This document shows positions 9,772 through 19,323 of a stretch of 64,000 bases of DNA, piece by piece (the first letter of the stretch is position 1; each line of letters starts with the position of its first letter). The translations under genes and the position numbers were made by a program. Location of the stretch: positions 416,001-480,000 of the forward strand of contig CAVSZB010000003.1 in the NCBI GenBank assembly GCA_963732385.1, read 5' to 3'. The notes beneath the pieces were generated by a model. It had not been told where the DNA came from. It saw only the letters and a program-made list of their open reading frames with translations, and did not search any database. This DNA is from an uncultured bacterium (GTDB lineage: Bacteria > Krumholzibacteriota > Krumholzibacteriia > LZORAL124-64-63).

Positions 9772-10877
9772 CGCACCAGCGCACCGGCCGCCAGCTCGCG
9801 TCCCGCTCCGGTCAGCGTCAGCGCGCCGGCCTGCTCGCTCACCAGTCCGCGTTGTCCGGCGGCGCGCACCACGCGCGCCGCGAACTCCGGCGCCCAGCGC
9901 AGATGATCGTGGAGGTGGTCCACGCGGCTCTCGACCGCCTCTTCGGGCGTGCCGGCGTGCTGGGCGAGATGGATGGCGAGCATGGCGAGGGCGAATTCGA
10001 GGCGCTGCCGCGCCCGGCGGCGGGCCTGCACGAGGAGGCCGCGTTCCGGGGCGAGCGCCAGCGCCAAAGCGAAGACGACGCCGGTCATCGTGGCCATCGA
10101 GCCGGCGATCGAGGCGTCGAGCAGGTGCGCCATCCAGTAGCCGCCCAGGGCGGCCGCCACGCCCAGCAGCACGCTCAGTCCGATCATGGCCGGCAGCCGG
10201 TCGGTCAGCAGGTAGGCGGCAGCAGGCGGTCCGATCATCAGCGCCACGACCAGGATGAGGCCGACCGCGTCGAACGCCCCGACCGCCGTGACCGACACCG
10301 CGCCCATCATGCCGTAGTGGATCAGCGCCGGCGCGAAGCCGAGCGCCGCCGTCAGACCCGGGTCGAACGACGCCAGCTTGAGCTCCTTGTAGAACACCAG
10401 CATCAGCAGGCCGTTCAGGGCGAGGATGCCGCCCATCATCCAGAGCGCGCGCGGGCCGAGGTCGACGCCGGCCGCGCGCAGGCGCTCGAACGGCGCGAAC
10501 GCCAGCTCGCCCAGCAGGACAGCGTCGATGTCGAGGTGCACGTTGCCGGCGTAGCGCGAAATGAGGATGACGCCGAGGCTGAACAGCGCCGGGAAGACCA
10601 GCCCGATGGCGGCGTCCTCGCGGACGCGTCCGGTGCGCTGCAGCAGCTCCACGAGGGCGACCGTCAGCACGCCGGTGGCTGCGGCGCCCAGGACGAGCCA
10701 CGGCGAGGCAAGATCGCCGGTGGCGAAGAAGGCGACCACGATGCCGACCAGGATCGAGTGGCTGATCGCGTCGCTGAGCATGGCCATCCGGCGCAGCACG
10801 AGGAAGACCCCCGGCAGCGCGCAGGCCGCGGCGGTCACGGCGGCGATGGCCTGGATCTCGAACTGTGGCTGGGTCAC
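9768..10877 (-). CDS. Mn/Zn/Fe ABC transporter permease (TroD/MntD-like) with C-terminal wHTH-like tail
   Basis: GVFLVLRRMAMLSDAISHSILVG, FYKELKLASFDP; GTG start coupled to the upstream stop. Confidence 0.9.
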   Translation of the reverse strand: MTQPQFEIQAIAAVTAAACALPGVFLVLRRMAMLSDAISHSILVGIVVAFFATGDLASPWLVLGAAATGVLTVALVELLQRTGRVREDAAIGLVFPALFSLGVILISRYAGNVHLDIDAVLLGELAFAPFERLRAAGVDLGPRALWMMGGILALNGLLMLVFYKELKLASFDPGLTAALGFAPALIHYGMMGAVSVTAVGAFDAVGLILVVALMIGPPAAAYLLTDRLPAMIGLSVLLGVAAALGGYWMAHLLDASIAGSMATMTGVVFALALALAPERGLLVQARRRARQRLEFALAMLAIHLAQHAGTPEEAVESRVDHLHDHLRWAPEFAARVVRAAGQRGLVSEQAGALTLTGAGRELAAGALVR

Positions 10878-12034
10878 GTCGCGACCTCCCCGTCCGGCGT
10901 TTCGCCCCGACCGGCGTGATCGCCGGCGACCAGCGCCCGCGCCGTCGCGACCCCCGCCAGGGTGAGCGCCCAGGCGTCGTCGCCGGCCGGGCGCACCAGG
11001 CCGCGGCCCTGCAGCGCCGCGAGGGCGCGCCGCGCGCCGGGTCCGGTGCCCATCGCGTGCAAAACGGCGCGCGCGTGCGGAGCCTCCTCGGGACGTTCGT
11101 GCTGGGCGGCGAGGTGGTAAAGGTTGGCCAGGACGGTGTCGGCGTGCAGGCGGCGCCGCGCCCGCTGGTTGCGCGCCGCCTGCCACAGCAGGCCGCGGTT
11201 TGGCGCGCAGGCGAGCGAGAACGCCACGATCGCCGTCGCGCACAGGACGATCACCGGGCCGGTCGGCAGGCGCGCCGTGAGGCTGCTGATGATCGCTCCG
11301 CCCACCCCGGCCGTCGCGCCGAAGATCGCCGAGAGAACGATCATCCGGCCGAGGCGGTCGGTCCACTGCCGCGCGGCCGCGGCCGGCGCCACGATCATCG
11401 CGCTCATCAGCACGACCCCCACCGTCTGCAGGCCGCTCACGATCGCCACGACGAGCAGCGTGGTCAGCAGCACATCGAGCCGGCGGGCCGGGAAGCCGAG
11501 GCTCGCCGCGAAATCGGGATCGAAGGCCAGCAGTTTGAATTCCTTCCAGAGGACGAGCACCACCACGAGCGCGGCGGCGCCGAGCACCGCCATGCTGATG
11601 ACGTCGCGCGCGAGCAGCGTGGCCGCCTGTCCGAACAGGAACTTGTCGAGGCCGGCCTGGGTGGCGTCGGGTCGTCGCTGGATGAAGGTGAGCAGGACCA
11701 TGCCGAAGCCGAAGAATACCGACAGCGTCAGGCCGAGCGCGCTGTCGGCCTTCACGCGCGACGAGCGCAGGATGCCGCCGATCAGCAGCGTGGCGAGCCA
11801 GCCGGCCGCCGCCGCGCCGAGCACCAGCACCAGCGGCGCCTTGCTGCCGGTCAGGAGGAACGCGAGGGCGATGCCGGGCAGCGCGGCGTGCGAGATGGCG
11901 TCGCCGAGCAGGCTCTGGCGACGCAGCACGGCGAAGGCGCCGAGCGCCCCGCTGGCCAGTCCGAGCACGCCCGAGCCGAGCGCCACGGTGCGCAGCGTGT
12001 AGTCGAACAGGAGGTCGTGCAGCAGCTTGCCCAT
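10874..12034 (-). CDS. Mn/Zn/Fe ABC transporter permease (TroC/MntC-like) with C-terminal wHTH-like tail
   Basis: GAFAVLRRQSLLGDAISHAALPG, WKEFKLLAFDP, PTGPVIV. Confidence 0.9.
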   Translation of the reverse strand: MGKLLHDLLFDYTLRTVALGSGVLGLASGALGAFAVLRRQSLLGDAISHAALPGIALAFLLTGSKAPLVLVLGAAAAGWLATLLIGGILRSSRVKADSALGLTLSVFFGFGMVLLTFIQRRPDATQAGLDKFLFGQAATLLARDVISMAVLGAAALVVVLVLWKEFKLLAFDPDFAASLGFPARRLDVLLTTLLVVAIVSGLQTVGVVLMSAMIVAPAAAARQWTDRLGRMIVLSAIFGATAGVGGAIISSLTARLPTGPVIVLCATAIVAFSLACAPNRGLLWQAARNQRARRRLHADTVLANLYHLAAQHERPEEAPHARAVLHAMGTGPGARRALAALQGRGLVRPAGDDAWALTLAGVATARALVAGDHAGRGETPDGEVAT

Positions 12035-12041
12035 CAGGCCC

Positions 12042-12866
12042 TCACACCCGCCCGCGCCCGCCGGTCGGCGTGGCCGTGTCGTCGCTGCCGCCCGCCGCGC
12101 CCGGGCCGTCGGGCGCCAGGAAACCGACGCGCCCGCCGTACGCCAGGCGCAGATTCTGCTCCGTAAAAGCCGTCGCCACCGGACCGCTGGCGATGCGGCG
12201 CACGTTGAGCAGCGTGACCCAGTCGAAGTACTCCGGCACCGTCTGCAGGTCGTGGTGCACGACGACGACCGTCTTCCCCTCCGCGCGCAGGTCCTGCAGC
12301 AGGCCGATGATGGCCCGCTCCGTGCGCGCATCGACCCCCTGGAACGGTTCGTCCATGAAATAGACCTGCGCCTCCTGCACGAGCGCGCGCGCCAGGAAGA
12401 CCCGCTGCTGCTGCCCCCCCGACAGCTGGCTGATCTGACGGCCGCGGAAGTCGGCCATGCCGACCTTGGCCAGCGCCTCGAGGGCGAGGTCGCGCTCGCG
12501 GCGCCCCGGGCGGCGCACCCAGCCCAGCGCGCCGTAGCGTCCCATCATCACGACGTCGAGCACGGTCGTGGGGAAGTCCCAGTCGACGCTGCCGCGCTGG
12601 GGCACGTAGCCGACGATACCGCGCTGCTGCGCGTATGGCCGGCCGTGGATCAGCACCTGCCCGGCCGCCGGCCTGACGAGGCCGAGGATCGCCTTCATGA
12701 GCGTGGTCTTGCCGGCGCCGTTGGGCCCGACGATCGCCATCAGGATGCCGGGCGGCACGGCGAGGTCGACGTCCCACAGGACCGGGCGTTCGCGGTAGGC
12801 GACGGTGAGGTCGGCCACCTCGATCGCGAAGCTGGCGGTGGTGGCGGCGCTGGCGTGGACGTTCAT
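12042..12866 (-). CDS. Metal ABC transporter ATP-binding protein (TroB/MntB-like)
   Basis: Walker A GPNGAGKT, signature LSGGQQQR, Walker [24 protein letters not shown]. Confidence 0.93.
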   Translation of the reverse strand: MNVHASAATTASFAIEVADLTVAYRERPVLWDVDLAVPPGILMAIVGPNGAGKTTLMKAILGLVRPAAGQVLIHGRPYAQQRGIVGYVPQRGSVDWDFPTTVLDVVMMGRYGALGWVRRPGRRERDLALEALAKVGMADFRGRQISQLSGGQQQRVFLARALVQEAQVYFMDEPFQGVDARTERAIIGLLQDLRAEGKTVVVVHHDLQTVPEYFDWVTLLNVRRIASGPVATAFTEQNLRLAYGGRVGFLAPDGPGAAGGSDDTATPTGGRGRV

Positions 12867-13828
12867 GGCGTCTCCGGAGGGGTGAGGAGCCCCGCGACGA
12901 TCGTGTCGATGTTGTGGCGCACCATACCGGCGTACGTCCCCGCGGGGGAGCCGCGGGCGCCCATGGCGTCCGAGTAGAGCGAGCCGCCGATGCGCACCGC
13001 GAAGCCGCGCGCCCGCACCGCGGCCCGCACCGCCTCGATCGCGCGCGGCGATACCGAGGTCTCCACGAACAACGCCGGGATCCGGCGCTCCGCGATCAGC
13101 GCCGCCAGCTGCTGCACGTCCGCCGTGCCGGCCTCGGCGGCGGTGCTGATCCCCTGCAGTCCGCGCACCTCGAACCCGTAGGCGCGGCCGAAGTAGTTGA
13201 AAGCGTCGTGCGCCGTGATCAGCACCCGCTGCGCCTGCGGCACCCGCGCCGCCTGGACGCGTACGTAGGTGTCGAGCGAGTCGAGCGTCGCCAGATAGCG
13301 GTCGGCGTCGGCGCGATATTCCGCCTCGCGGTCGCGATCGGCCACGATCAGCGCGTCCAGCACCCGCGTCGCCGCCTCCCGCCACAGCATCACGTCGAAC
13401 CAGATGTGCGGGTCGTGAGCCCCCTTGAAGGCGGCCGGCGCCAGCAGCTGCGCCTCCGGGATCCGTTCCGCCACCGCCACCGTGCGGATCCGCCCCTGCA
13501 TCCGCTCGAATACCCGCGCCAGCCGCGCCTCGAGGTGCAGCCCGTTGTAGAAGACGAGGTCGGCCTCCTGCAGCCGCTGCACGTCCCCCTCGCTCGCCTT
13601 GTAGAGGTGGGGATCGACTCCGGGCCCCATCAGGGCGCGCACCCGCACGCGTTCGCCGCCGATGTTCAGCGCGATGTCGGCGATCATGCCGGTCGTGGTG
13701 ACGACGTTGAGGTGGCGCGGGCCGCCAGCGGTCTCATCGCGGTTGTTCCGCGCGCAGCCCGCGGCGGCTGCCGCGAACAGGGCGAGCACGATTGCCAGGA
13801 ACACGACCGGTACACGTTCCGCCCTCAC
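12863..13828 (-). CDS. Metal ABC transporter substrate-binding lipoprotein (TroA/MntA-like)
   Basis: Lipobox-like [29 protein letters not shown] and LYSD metal ligands. Confidence 0.93.
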   Translation of the reverse strand: MRAERVPVVFLAIVLALFAAAAAGCARNNRDETAGGPRHLNVVTTTGMIADIALNIGGERVRVRALMGPGVDPHLYKASEGDVQRLQEADLVFYNGLHLEARLARVFERMQGRIRTVAVAERIPEAQLLAPAAFKGAHDPHIWFDVMLWREAATRVLDALIVADRDREAEYRADADRYLATLDSLDTYVRVQAARVPQAQRVLITAHDAFNYFGRAYGFEVRGLQGISTAAEAGTADVQQLAALIAERRIPALFVETSVSPRAIEAVRAAVRARGFAVRIGGSLYSDAMGARGSPAGTYAGMVRHNIDTIVAGLLTPPETP

Positions 13829-13911
13829 GCCGCCTCCTCCCGCCGCACGAACACGGCGGCCGCCGCTGTTTCGCCGCCGGCCTGCGCCATCCTGCCCGTC
13901 CGCACCGTCAA
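13825..13911 (-). pseudogene. Possible 3' remnant of a DtxR/MntR (FeoA-domain) regulator gene, or a 28-codon coupling ORF
   Basis: Reads [28 protein letters not shown]. Its TGA overlaps the troA GTG (GTGA), and the sequence resembles FeoA/SH3 C-termini. Confidence 0.35.
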
Positions 13912-15437
13912 CGCCCCCGGTCGTAGAGCCCCAGGTTCAGCTTCAGGATGACCAGCAGCCGGCGCGGGTCGGTCAGGTCGCCGCGCGTGGCGGTCCGCAC
14001 CGCGTCATAATAACGAGCCAGGCGGGGATCGGCGATCTGGTTGCGATTCGTTTCGAGGGAAGCTTCGTAACCCTCGGGCACCGAGCGCTCCAGGTGTCCC
14101 AGGCGCCACTCCGGATCGCGGCGGCCGGGCAGACGCGCCAGCAACGGGTCGGCCAGCCCGAACAGGTCGATGATGTGCACCGTCGGCCCCGCGTAGTAGC
14201 CGAAGAATCCGATGGTGCGCTTCCGGACAACCGGGGTTCCGGCGAGCCGCGCGCGCAGGCCGTTGTTCGCCCAGGGCATATCGACGGGCGCGGAGCGGCC
14301 GGCGGCGCCGAGCAGGGAGGTGTGGGGGAAGTAGACCGCGCGTTCGTCCGCCACGCCGCCGGCGCCGCGGGCGTCCGCGCGTCCCTCTCCGAAGTGCGGG
14401 CCGCTGAGCCAGGTCGGGTCGGGGGCGGCCAGGCCCAGTCCCAGCACGACCACGGCGGCCACGGCGGTCGCGCGCCGATCGTTCAGGAAGGGCTGGCGCG
14501 CGAGCAACACGACCGCGGCCAGAAACGGCGCGGCCAGGAAGCGTCCCATCATGAAGTCGCCGCCGATGCGCACCGTGTACAGCAGTTGCAGCACGATGCC
14601 CAGGGTGATCGGGAAGCTCCGTCCATCGCGTCGCCGGGCAGCCAGGGCGATTGCGGCCAGGATCAGCAGGGGCGTCAGCGGGTCGCCCTGGAAAGTGGCG
14701 ACCAGATACGTCCCCCCGCGTCCCAGCAGCTCGCCCAGCGGCACCCCCGCCCCCAGCTTGGCGTAGGCGCTGTTGGGGAAGGGCGCGCCATAATACCAGC
14801 ACGAGAAGATCTCCCAGACGAGCAGCGGTGCGAAGCCCAGCGCCAGGGCGCGCAGACCGGGGCGGCGACCGACGGTGAAAAACCCCGCCACCAGCGCCGG
14901 CAGGAACAGCAGCAGGGTGTCCATCCGGTTCAGCGTGGCCAGACCCGCCAGCAGGGCGAGTCCGCCGTACGTGTGCGAGTCGATCCCGTCCCGCAGCCAG
15001 CGCCAGAGGAAGAGGGCGAGCAGCAGGTAGGTCAGGGGGGTTTCCAGACCGGAGCTGGCGAAGTCGGTGAAGGCTCGCGATCCGGCCAGGGCCAGCAGGA
15101 GCACCAGTCGGGGGCCGGGGCGCCGGCCCACCGCCGCGGCCGCGACCATCGCCGCGGCCGCGCTCAGCAGCAAAGACAGCAGCAGGCTGGTGTAGTACAC
15201 CTCGCCGCTGAGCGCGGTCAGGGGGCTGAGCAGCAACAGCCACAGGGGGTGCGTCGAGGGGAGCACGCGCTCGGCGACGTTCCAGACCAGTCCGCGACCG
15301 TGCACGAAGTTGTCGATCACGCGGAAGGTGATGTAGGCGTCGTCGCAGAGCCAGGCGGTCCGCACCATCACCGCCGACAGCAGGAGCCAGCCGGCAGCGG
15401 GCAGGAGGCGGGCGGCGGACAGGATTTTTCCGGTCAT
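13908..15437 (-). CDS. GT-C fold membrane glycosyltransferase (arabinofuranosyltransferase AftB-like)
   Basis: WLCDDAYITFRVIDNF..G.GLVWN..ERV...THPLW, SGLETPL, YYGAPFPNSAYAK, GGDFM.GRFL, GHLER. Confidence 0.8.
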   Translation of the reverse strand: MTGKILSAARLLPAAGWLLLSAVMVRTAWLCDDAYITFRVIDNFVHGRGLVWNVAERVLPSTHPLWLLLLSPLTALSGEVYYTSLLLSLLLSAAAAMVAAAAVGRRPGPRLVLLLALAGSRAFTDFASSGLETPLTYLLLALFLWRWLRDGIDSHTYGGLALLAGLATLNRMDTLLLFLPALVAGFFTVGRRPGLRALALGFAPLLVWEIFSCWYYGAPFPNSAYAKLGAGVPLGELLGRGGTYLVATFQGDPLTPLLILAAIALAARRRDGRSFPITLGIVLQLLYTVRIGGDFMMGRFLAAPFLAAVVLLARQPFLNDRRATAVAAVVVLGLGLAAPDPTWLSGPHFGEGRADARGAGGVADERAVYFPHTSLLGAAGRSAPVDMPWANNGLRARLAGTPVVRKRTIGFFGYYAGPTVHIIDLFGLADPLLARLPGRRDPEWRLGHLERSVPEGYEASLETNRNQIADPRLARYYDAVRTATRGDLTDPRRLLVILKLNLGLYDRGR

Positions 15438-15482
15438 CGTATTCACCAACGCCCGATCGAAGCTCCCGTGAGGTCCCGGTGA

Positions 15483-15503
15483 GGATCGCCGGGCCGGCGA
15501 TCC
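15483..15503. repeat. Perfect inverted repeat (9-bp stem) between the two GT-C genes
   Basis: GGATCGCCG-GGC-CGGCGATCC. Confidence 0.5.
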
Positions 15504-15521
15504 CGGGGTCCGTCACACGAC

Positions 15522-17717
15522 TCAGTAGGTGATGAAGTAGAGGTCGGCCGCCACGGGACGGTCATCGACCATTGCCGTTCCTTCCGGGTAGGTGTCGCCG
15601 CGCAAGTCGGCGGGATCGTAAGCATGGCAGCCCAGGGCCACGGCCTGTTGTGGGTCGGCCAGGATTTCCAGGGTCCAGAGGATCTCCTGCCCCGCCGTTC
15701 CCGCCACCGGTCCAAAGGACCAACTCACCTTTTCCAGATTTTCCGAGACCACGACCGTCTGGGTCGACTCGCCGAGCGGTCGGGAAAAACCTCCCGCGCC
15801 GCGCCCCTGGATCCGCAGCCGGAGCCGCAGTTCCACCGGACCACGCTCGATGGCGCAACGGATCTGCAGGCCGGTCAGGCCGGCAGGCCCGATGCGGACC
15901 GTCTGACCGAGCCGGTGCCCCGGGCCCTGCAGCGGCAGCGAGTCGTCCAGGATGCGTTGCTCGACGTCCGGCAGCCGCTCGGCGAGGGGCCGGAGCTGAA
16001 TCGCGGATCGACCGCCGGGAGCCTGCGCCAGGATGTAATATTCGTCGAAGCCCCGCCGCAGGGGCATCACCACCGTGTAACGATCGCGAAGCCAGTCCCA
16101 AAGAGACGGGGAGAGATCGCGGATGCTGAATCTGCCCGCGACCAGGCCCCGAGCCTTGCCGATCACGGCCACCGCCGGGGGGCAGGCGTTCAGCCCCGCG
16201 ATCACGGCCGCCGGATTGCGGACTTCACCGGCCAGCAGCGTGACCTGGGGCGTGGCCGGCGGCCGGCCCATGATCACGTGCAGGCCGGGCTGGGCCGGCC
16301 AGATCAGCACGGGCGCTCGCGGCGATGCCGACAAAGAGTCCACGAGTGAGGCAAGGTGCGCGATGACCTCCTGCCGATCCGCGCTGACGAGCACGCCCGC
16401 TCCGGGGGGAGCCCAGCGCACCAGCCCCGGTCGTCCACTGTGCGAGGCGAGCCAGACGCCCTCCGCAAGGAAGACGCCCCAGCCCAGCGCGCACCCGACG
16501 AGCGCCACCGCGGCTCCGGCCGCCCGCGCGTGGCGCAGGGACGGATGCCATGTCCCCAGGAGCGCTGGCAGCAGCACGAGGCTGCCCAGCCAGGCCTGCT
16601 TCAGATGAGTGACGTCGCCTCGGCTGCTCATGGTCAGCCAGCCGCACAGGGCGACGGCGGTGGCGGCCATCCACGCCGGTCCTGCTCCGCGCAGACAGCG
16701 CCGGATGCCGAGCAGTGGAATGAGGACGAGGCCGAGGATGAGCGTCCGAATGCCGTGCGTGACTCCCGCCGCGTGTCCCGGCCAGGCGGCCGGCAGGATT
16801 TCGGCCGTGTCGAGGGAGGCGAAGGCGAAGGGCTGGCCAAATTCCGGAGCTGTCCGGAACGTCTCCCACCAGGAGATGCCCATCGCCGCGCGGAAGCCGG
16901 TCAGGGGATAGACCACCGTGTCCCACCACGCAGCATCGGCCGCCCCCGTGACCAGCAGCACGAGCCAGGCGCCGCCCAGGATGGTGATGCCGCCCACGAC
17001 GATTCCGGCTGTCTCGGCCGGCGGTGGCAACGGCGCCGTCGCGACCCGGCGGGTCACCGCGGCGATGACGGAAGGTCCCAGGAGCGTGCCGGCGACGACC
17101 ACCGTGGCGTAGGCCAGGCCGTCGACGCCGAAGAGGGCGACGGCTCCCCACACCGCGCCCAAACCACACCCCCGCAACAGCGCGGACCGGGTCCCCGGGC
17201 CGGCCGCTGCGTCTGAGTGGACGAGGCGATCCGCCCGATACGCCAGCAGGAACGCCAGGGCCACGATCGCCACGAAACGCGGATCGAAGGGACCGAGCGC
17301 CGCCACGCCGATCGGCACCAGCCAGCCCCATCTCCCGGCCCCGAGCCGTCGGCTCAGGGCGAAACCGATGGCGGCCGCGGCGCCGGTGGTCAGCGCCTTC
17401 AGGATCGCGAGACTGAGCGCGCTCGGACCGACCAGCCACGAGATCGGCAGGAGCAGGAGATAGCGCGCCGGACCGTAGATCGAGAACAGGTCGCGGTAGA
17501 GCAGCCCCCCCTCGGCAAGGATCCTGGCGCCGAGCACCCAGAGCCCGTCGTCGAGCAGGTTGAAACCCTGCCGGTAGACCGCCAGACCCAGGGCCAGCGG
17601 GCCGGCGCCCGCCGCCAGCGTCAGCAGGCATTCGCGGCGTTGCGGTGTCAATTTGCGGACCTCAGGGGAGTCGAGCCCGAGCGGATGACCTGTATTGCTG
17701 CCGGACTGGAGTCTCAT
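15522..17717 (-). CDS. Polytopic membrane protein, GT-C/PMT-like N-terminus with a C-terminal soluble beta domain
   Basis: GFNLLDDGLWVLGARILAEGGLLYRDLFSIYGP acidic first loop and many TM segments; start uncertain. Confidence 0.65.
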   Translation of the reverse strand: MRLQSGSNTGHPLGLDSPEVRKLTPQRRECLLTLAAGAGPLALGLAVYRQGFNLLDDGLWVLGARILAEGGLLYRDLFSIYGPARYLLLLPISWLVGPSALSLAILKALTTGAAAAIGFALSRRLGAGRWGWLVPIGVAALGPFDPRFVAIVALAFLLAYRADRLVHSDAAAGPGTRSALLRGCGLGAVWGAVALFGVDGLAYATVVVAGTLLGPSVIAAVTRRVATAPLPPPAETAGIVVGGITILGGAWLVLLVTGAADAAWWDTVVYPLTGFRAAMGISWWETFRTAPEFGQPFAFASLDTAEILPAAWPGHAAGVTHGIRTLILGLVLIPLLGIRRCLRGAGPAWMAATAVALCGWLTMSSRGDVTHLKQAWLGSLVLLPALLGTWHPSLRHARAAGAAVALVGCALGWGVFLAEGVWLASHSGRPGLVRWAPPGAGVLVSADRQEVIAHLASLVDSLSASPRAPVLIWPAQPGLHVIMGRPPATPQVTLLAGEVRNPAAVIAGLNACPPAVAVIGKARGLVAGRFSIRDLSPSLWDWLRDRYTVVMPLRRGFDEYYILAQAPGGRSAIQLRPLAERLPDVEQRILDDSLPLQGPGHRLGQTVRIGPAGLTGLQIRCAIERGPVELRLRLRIQGRGAGGFSRPLGESTQTVVVSENLEKVSWSFGPVAGTAGQEILWTLEILADPQQAVALGCHAYDPADLRGDTYPEGTAMVDDRPVAADLYFITY

Positions 17718-17909
17718 CCTAGCAAGGCTGGAGATCGCTGTCTCTACCGGAAACTCCCCTGCCCGCGGTTTTGAGTCGGCGGTGGCGGCCGAAATGATTC
17801 TCAGGGCCCAAGTGTGTCGGACGCGCGGTCGGCTGCCCATTTCTTTGACAGCGTTATGGCTCGCTTCACGTGCTTCCCTTTGGCGATGCTTGCCCATGGA
17901 TGGGGCGGC

Positions 17910-19121
17910 TCAACCGGCCTCCTGGGGGACAAGTCCGGTCCCCGCTGCCGGCCGGCAGGTGAAACAGACGCCATCTTTTCCGCTCTGCTGGCGATAACGC
18001 GCCTGCGTGGCGGCCGCGAAGTCGGCGGCCGCTCCCGCTTCCACCAGCGCGATGGCGCTTCCGCCGAAGCCCGCGCCCGTGAGCCGCGCGCCGTGGCAGG
18101 TGGGGTGGTCGCGGGCCAGACCGGTGATCAGGTCGAGCTCGGGACAGGAGCCTTCGAACAGGTCGCGCAGGCTGGCGTGTGAGGCGTCCAGCAGACGGCC
18201 GGCCTCCGCGAAGTCGCGCCCGACCAGGGCGGCGGCCAGGGCTGCCGGTCGGGCCATCTCCTCCACCACATGGCGGGCGCGGCGCAGGAGGGTGTCGCCG
18301 GGGCTGCGCAGGAGGGTGTGGCCGGCGGCGAGGAGGTCGGGGGTGACGTCGCGCAGCGCGGTGATCGCGGGATCGAGAACGCGCAGGCGCCGCACCGCTT
18401 CGGCGCACGCCGCGCGCCGCTCGTTGTAGGCGCTGGCCGCGAGCCGGCGCGACACGGCGGTGTCCATGACGACGAAGGCCACCTCCTCCGGCAGCGGCAC
18501 CGGGGTGCATTCCAGCGAACGGCAGTCGAGCAGCAACGCCTGGCCGGCGCGGCCGCACGCCGAGGCGTACTGGTCCATCAGGCCGCAGGCGACGCCGACG
18601 AACCGGTTCTCCGCGCGCTGGCACAGGCGCGCCATGGCGACCGGATCCCAGGGGAGGCCGGCGGCGGCGCAGAGGGCGCGGGCCACGGCCAGTTCGAGGG
18701 CGGCGGAGGAGGCGAGACCGGCGCCCAGGGGGATGCTGCCGGCGAGGGCGAGATCGGCCCCGACAATCGGGAGGCCGGCCTCGCGCAGGGCCCACGCCGT
18801 GCCGGCCACGTAGGCGAACCAGTCGCCGCGGTGCGTGGCGTCGGGCGGCGGGAGGACGAGGTCGGACAGGCGGGTCTCGCGCGTCTCGGCGAAGGCGGCG
18901 GCGTGGGCGCGCAGGGTGCCGTCGGCGCGGGGGGCGACGGCGACGGCGACGTGGCGGTCGATCGCCATCGGGAGCACCTGGCCGTCCTGGTGGTCGACGT
19001 GCTCGCCGATCAGGTTGACGCGGGCGGGGGAGAGGACGATCGCCGCGGGGGCTGCGGCGGGGCTGAAGGTGACGGCGAAGGCCCGGCGGACCGCCGAAAT
19101 GAGTGATTGGGGCCGGGACAT
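17910..19121 (-). CDS. galK: Galactokinase
   Basis: PARVNLIGEHVDH, IPLGAGLASSAA, CGLMDQ, GARLTGAGFGG. Confidence 0.92.
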   Translation of the reverse strand: MSRPQSLISAVRRAFAVTFSPAAAPAAIVLSPARVNLIGEHVDHQDGQVLPMAIDRHVAVAVAPRADGTLRAHAAAFAETRETRLSDLVLPPPDATHRGDWFAYVAGTAWALREAGLPIVGADLALAGSIPLGAGLASSAALELAVARALCAAAGLPWDPVAMARLCQRAENRFVGVACGLMDQYASACGRAGQALLLDCRSLECTPVPLPEEVAFVVMDTAVSRRLAASAYNERRAACAEAVRRLRVLDPAITALRDVTPDLLAAGHTLLRSPGDTLLRRARHVVEEMARPAALAAALVGRDFAEAGRLLDASHASLRDLFEGSCPELDLITGLARDHPTCHGARLTGAGFGGSAIALVEAGAAADFAAATQARYRQQSGKDGVCFTCRPAAGTGLVPQEAG

Positions 19122-19231
19122 GGGCAACCTCCCGCGGGCGGACGCGCCGCCGGCGGGGGATGATGGGACCGGGCGATGGCGGTTGTCCAGCCCGGGGAGT
19201 AGCAAAAGAGGAGTTTTCGCATGAATTGTCA

Positions 19232-19240
19232 TGTTATGAT
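19232..19240 (+). promoter_or_regulatory. Extended -10 promoter candidate for the LVIVD gene
   Basis: TGtTATGAT in an AT-rich patch of the divergent intergenic region. Confidence 0.4.
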
Positions 19241-19323
19241 CAAGTGGTCTCAACTGCCACGACGAGGCGGCTGGGGCCATGGGGAGGGGCACAACGGGGG
19301 GATTGCTTTCGGAGGGGAGTTCC

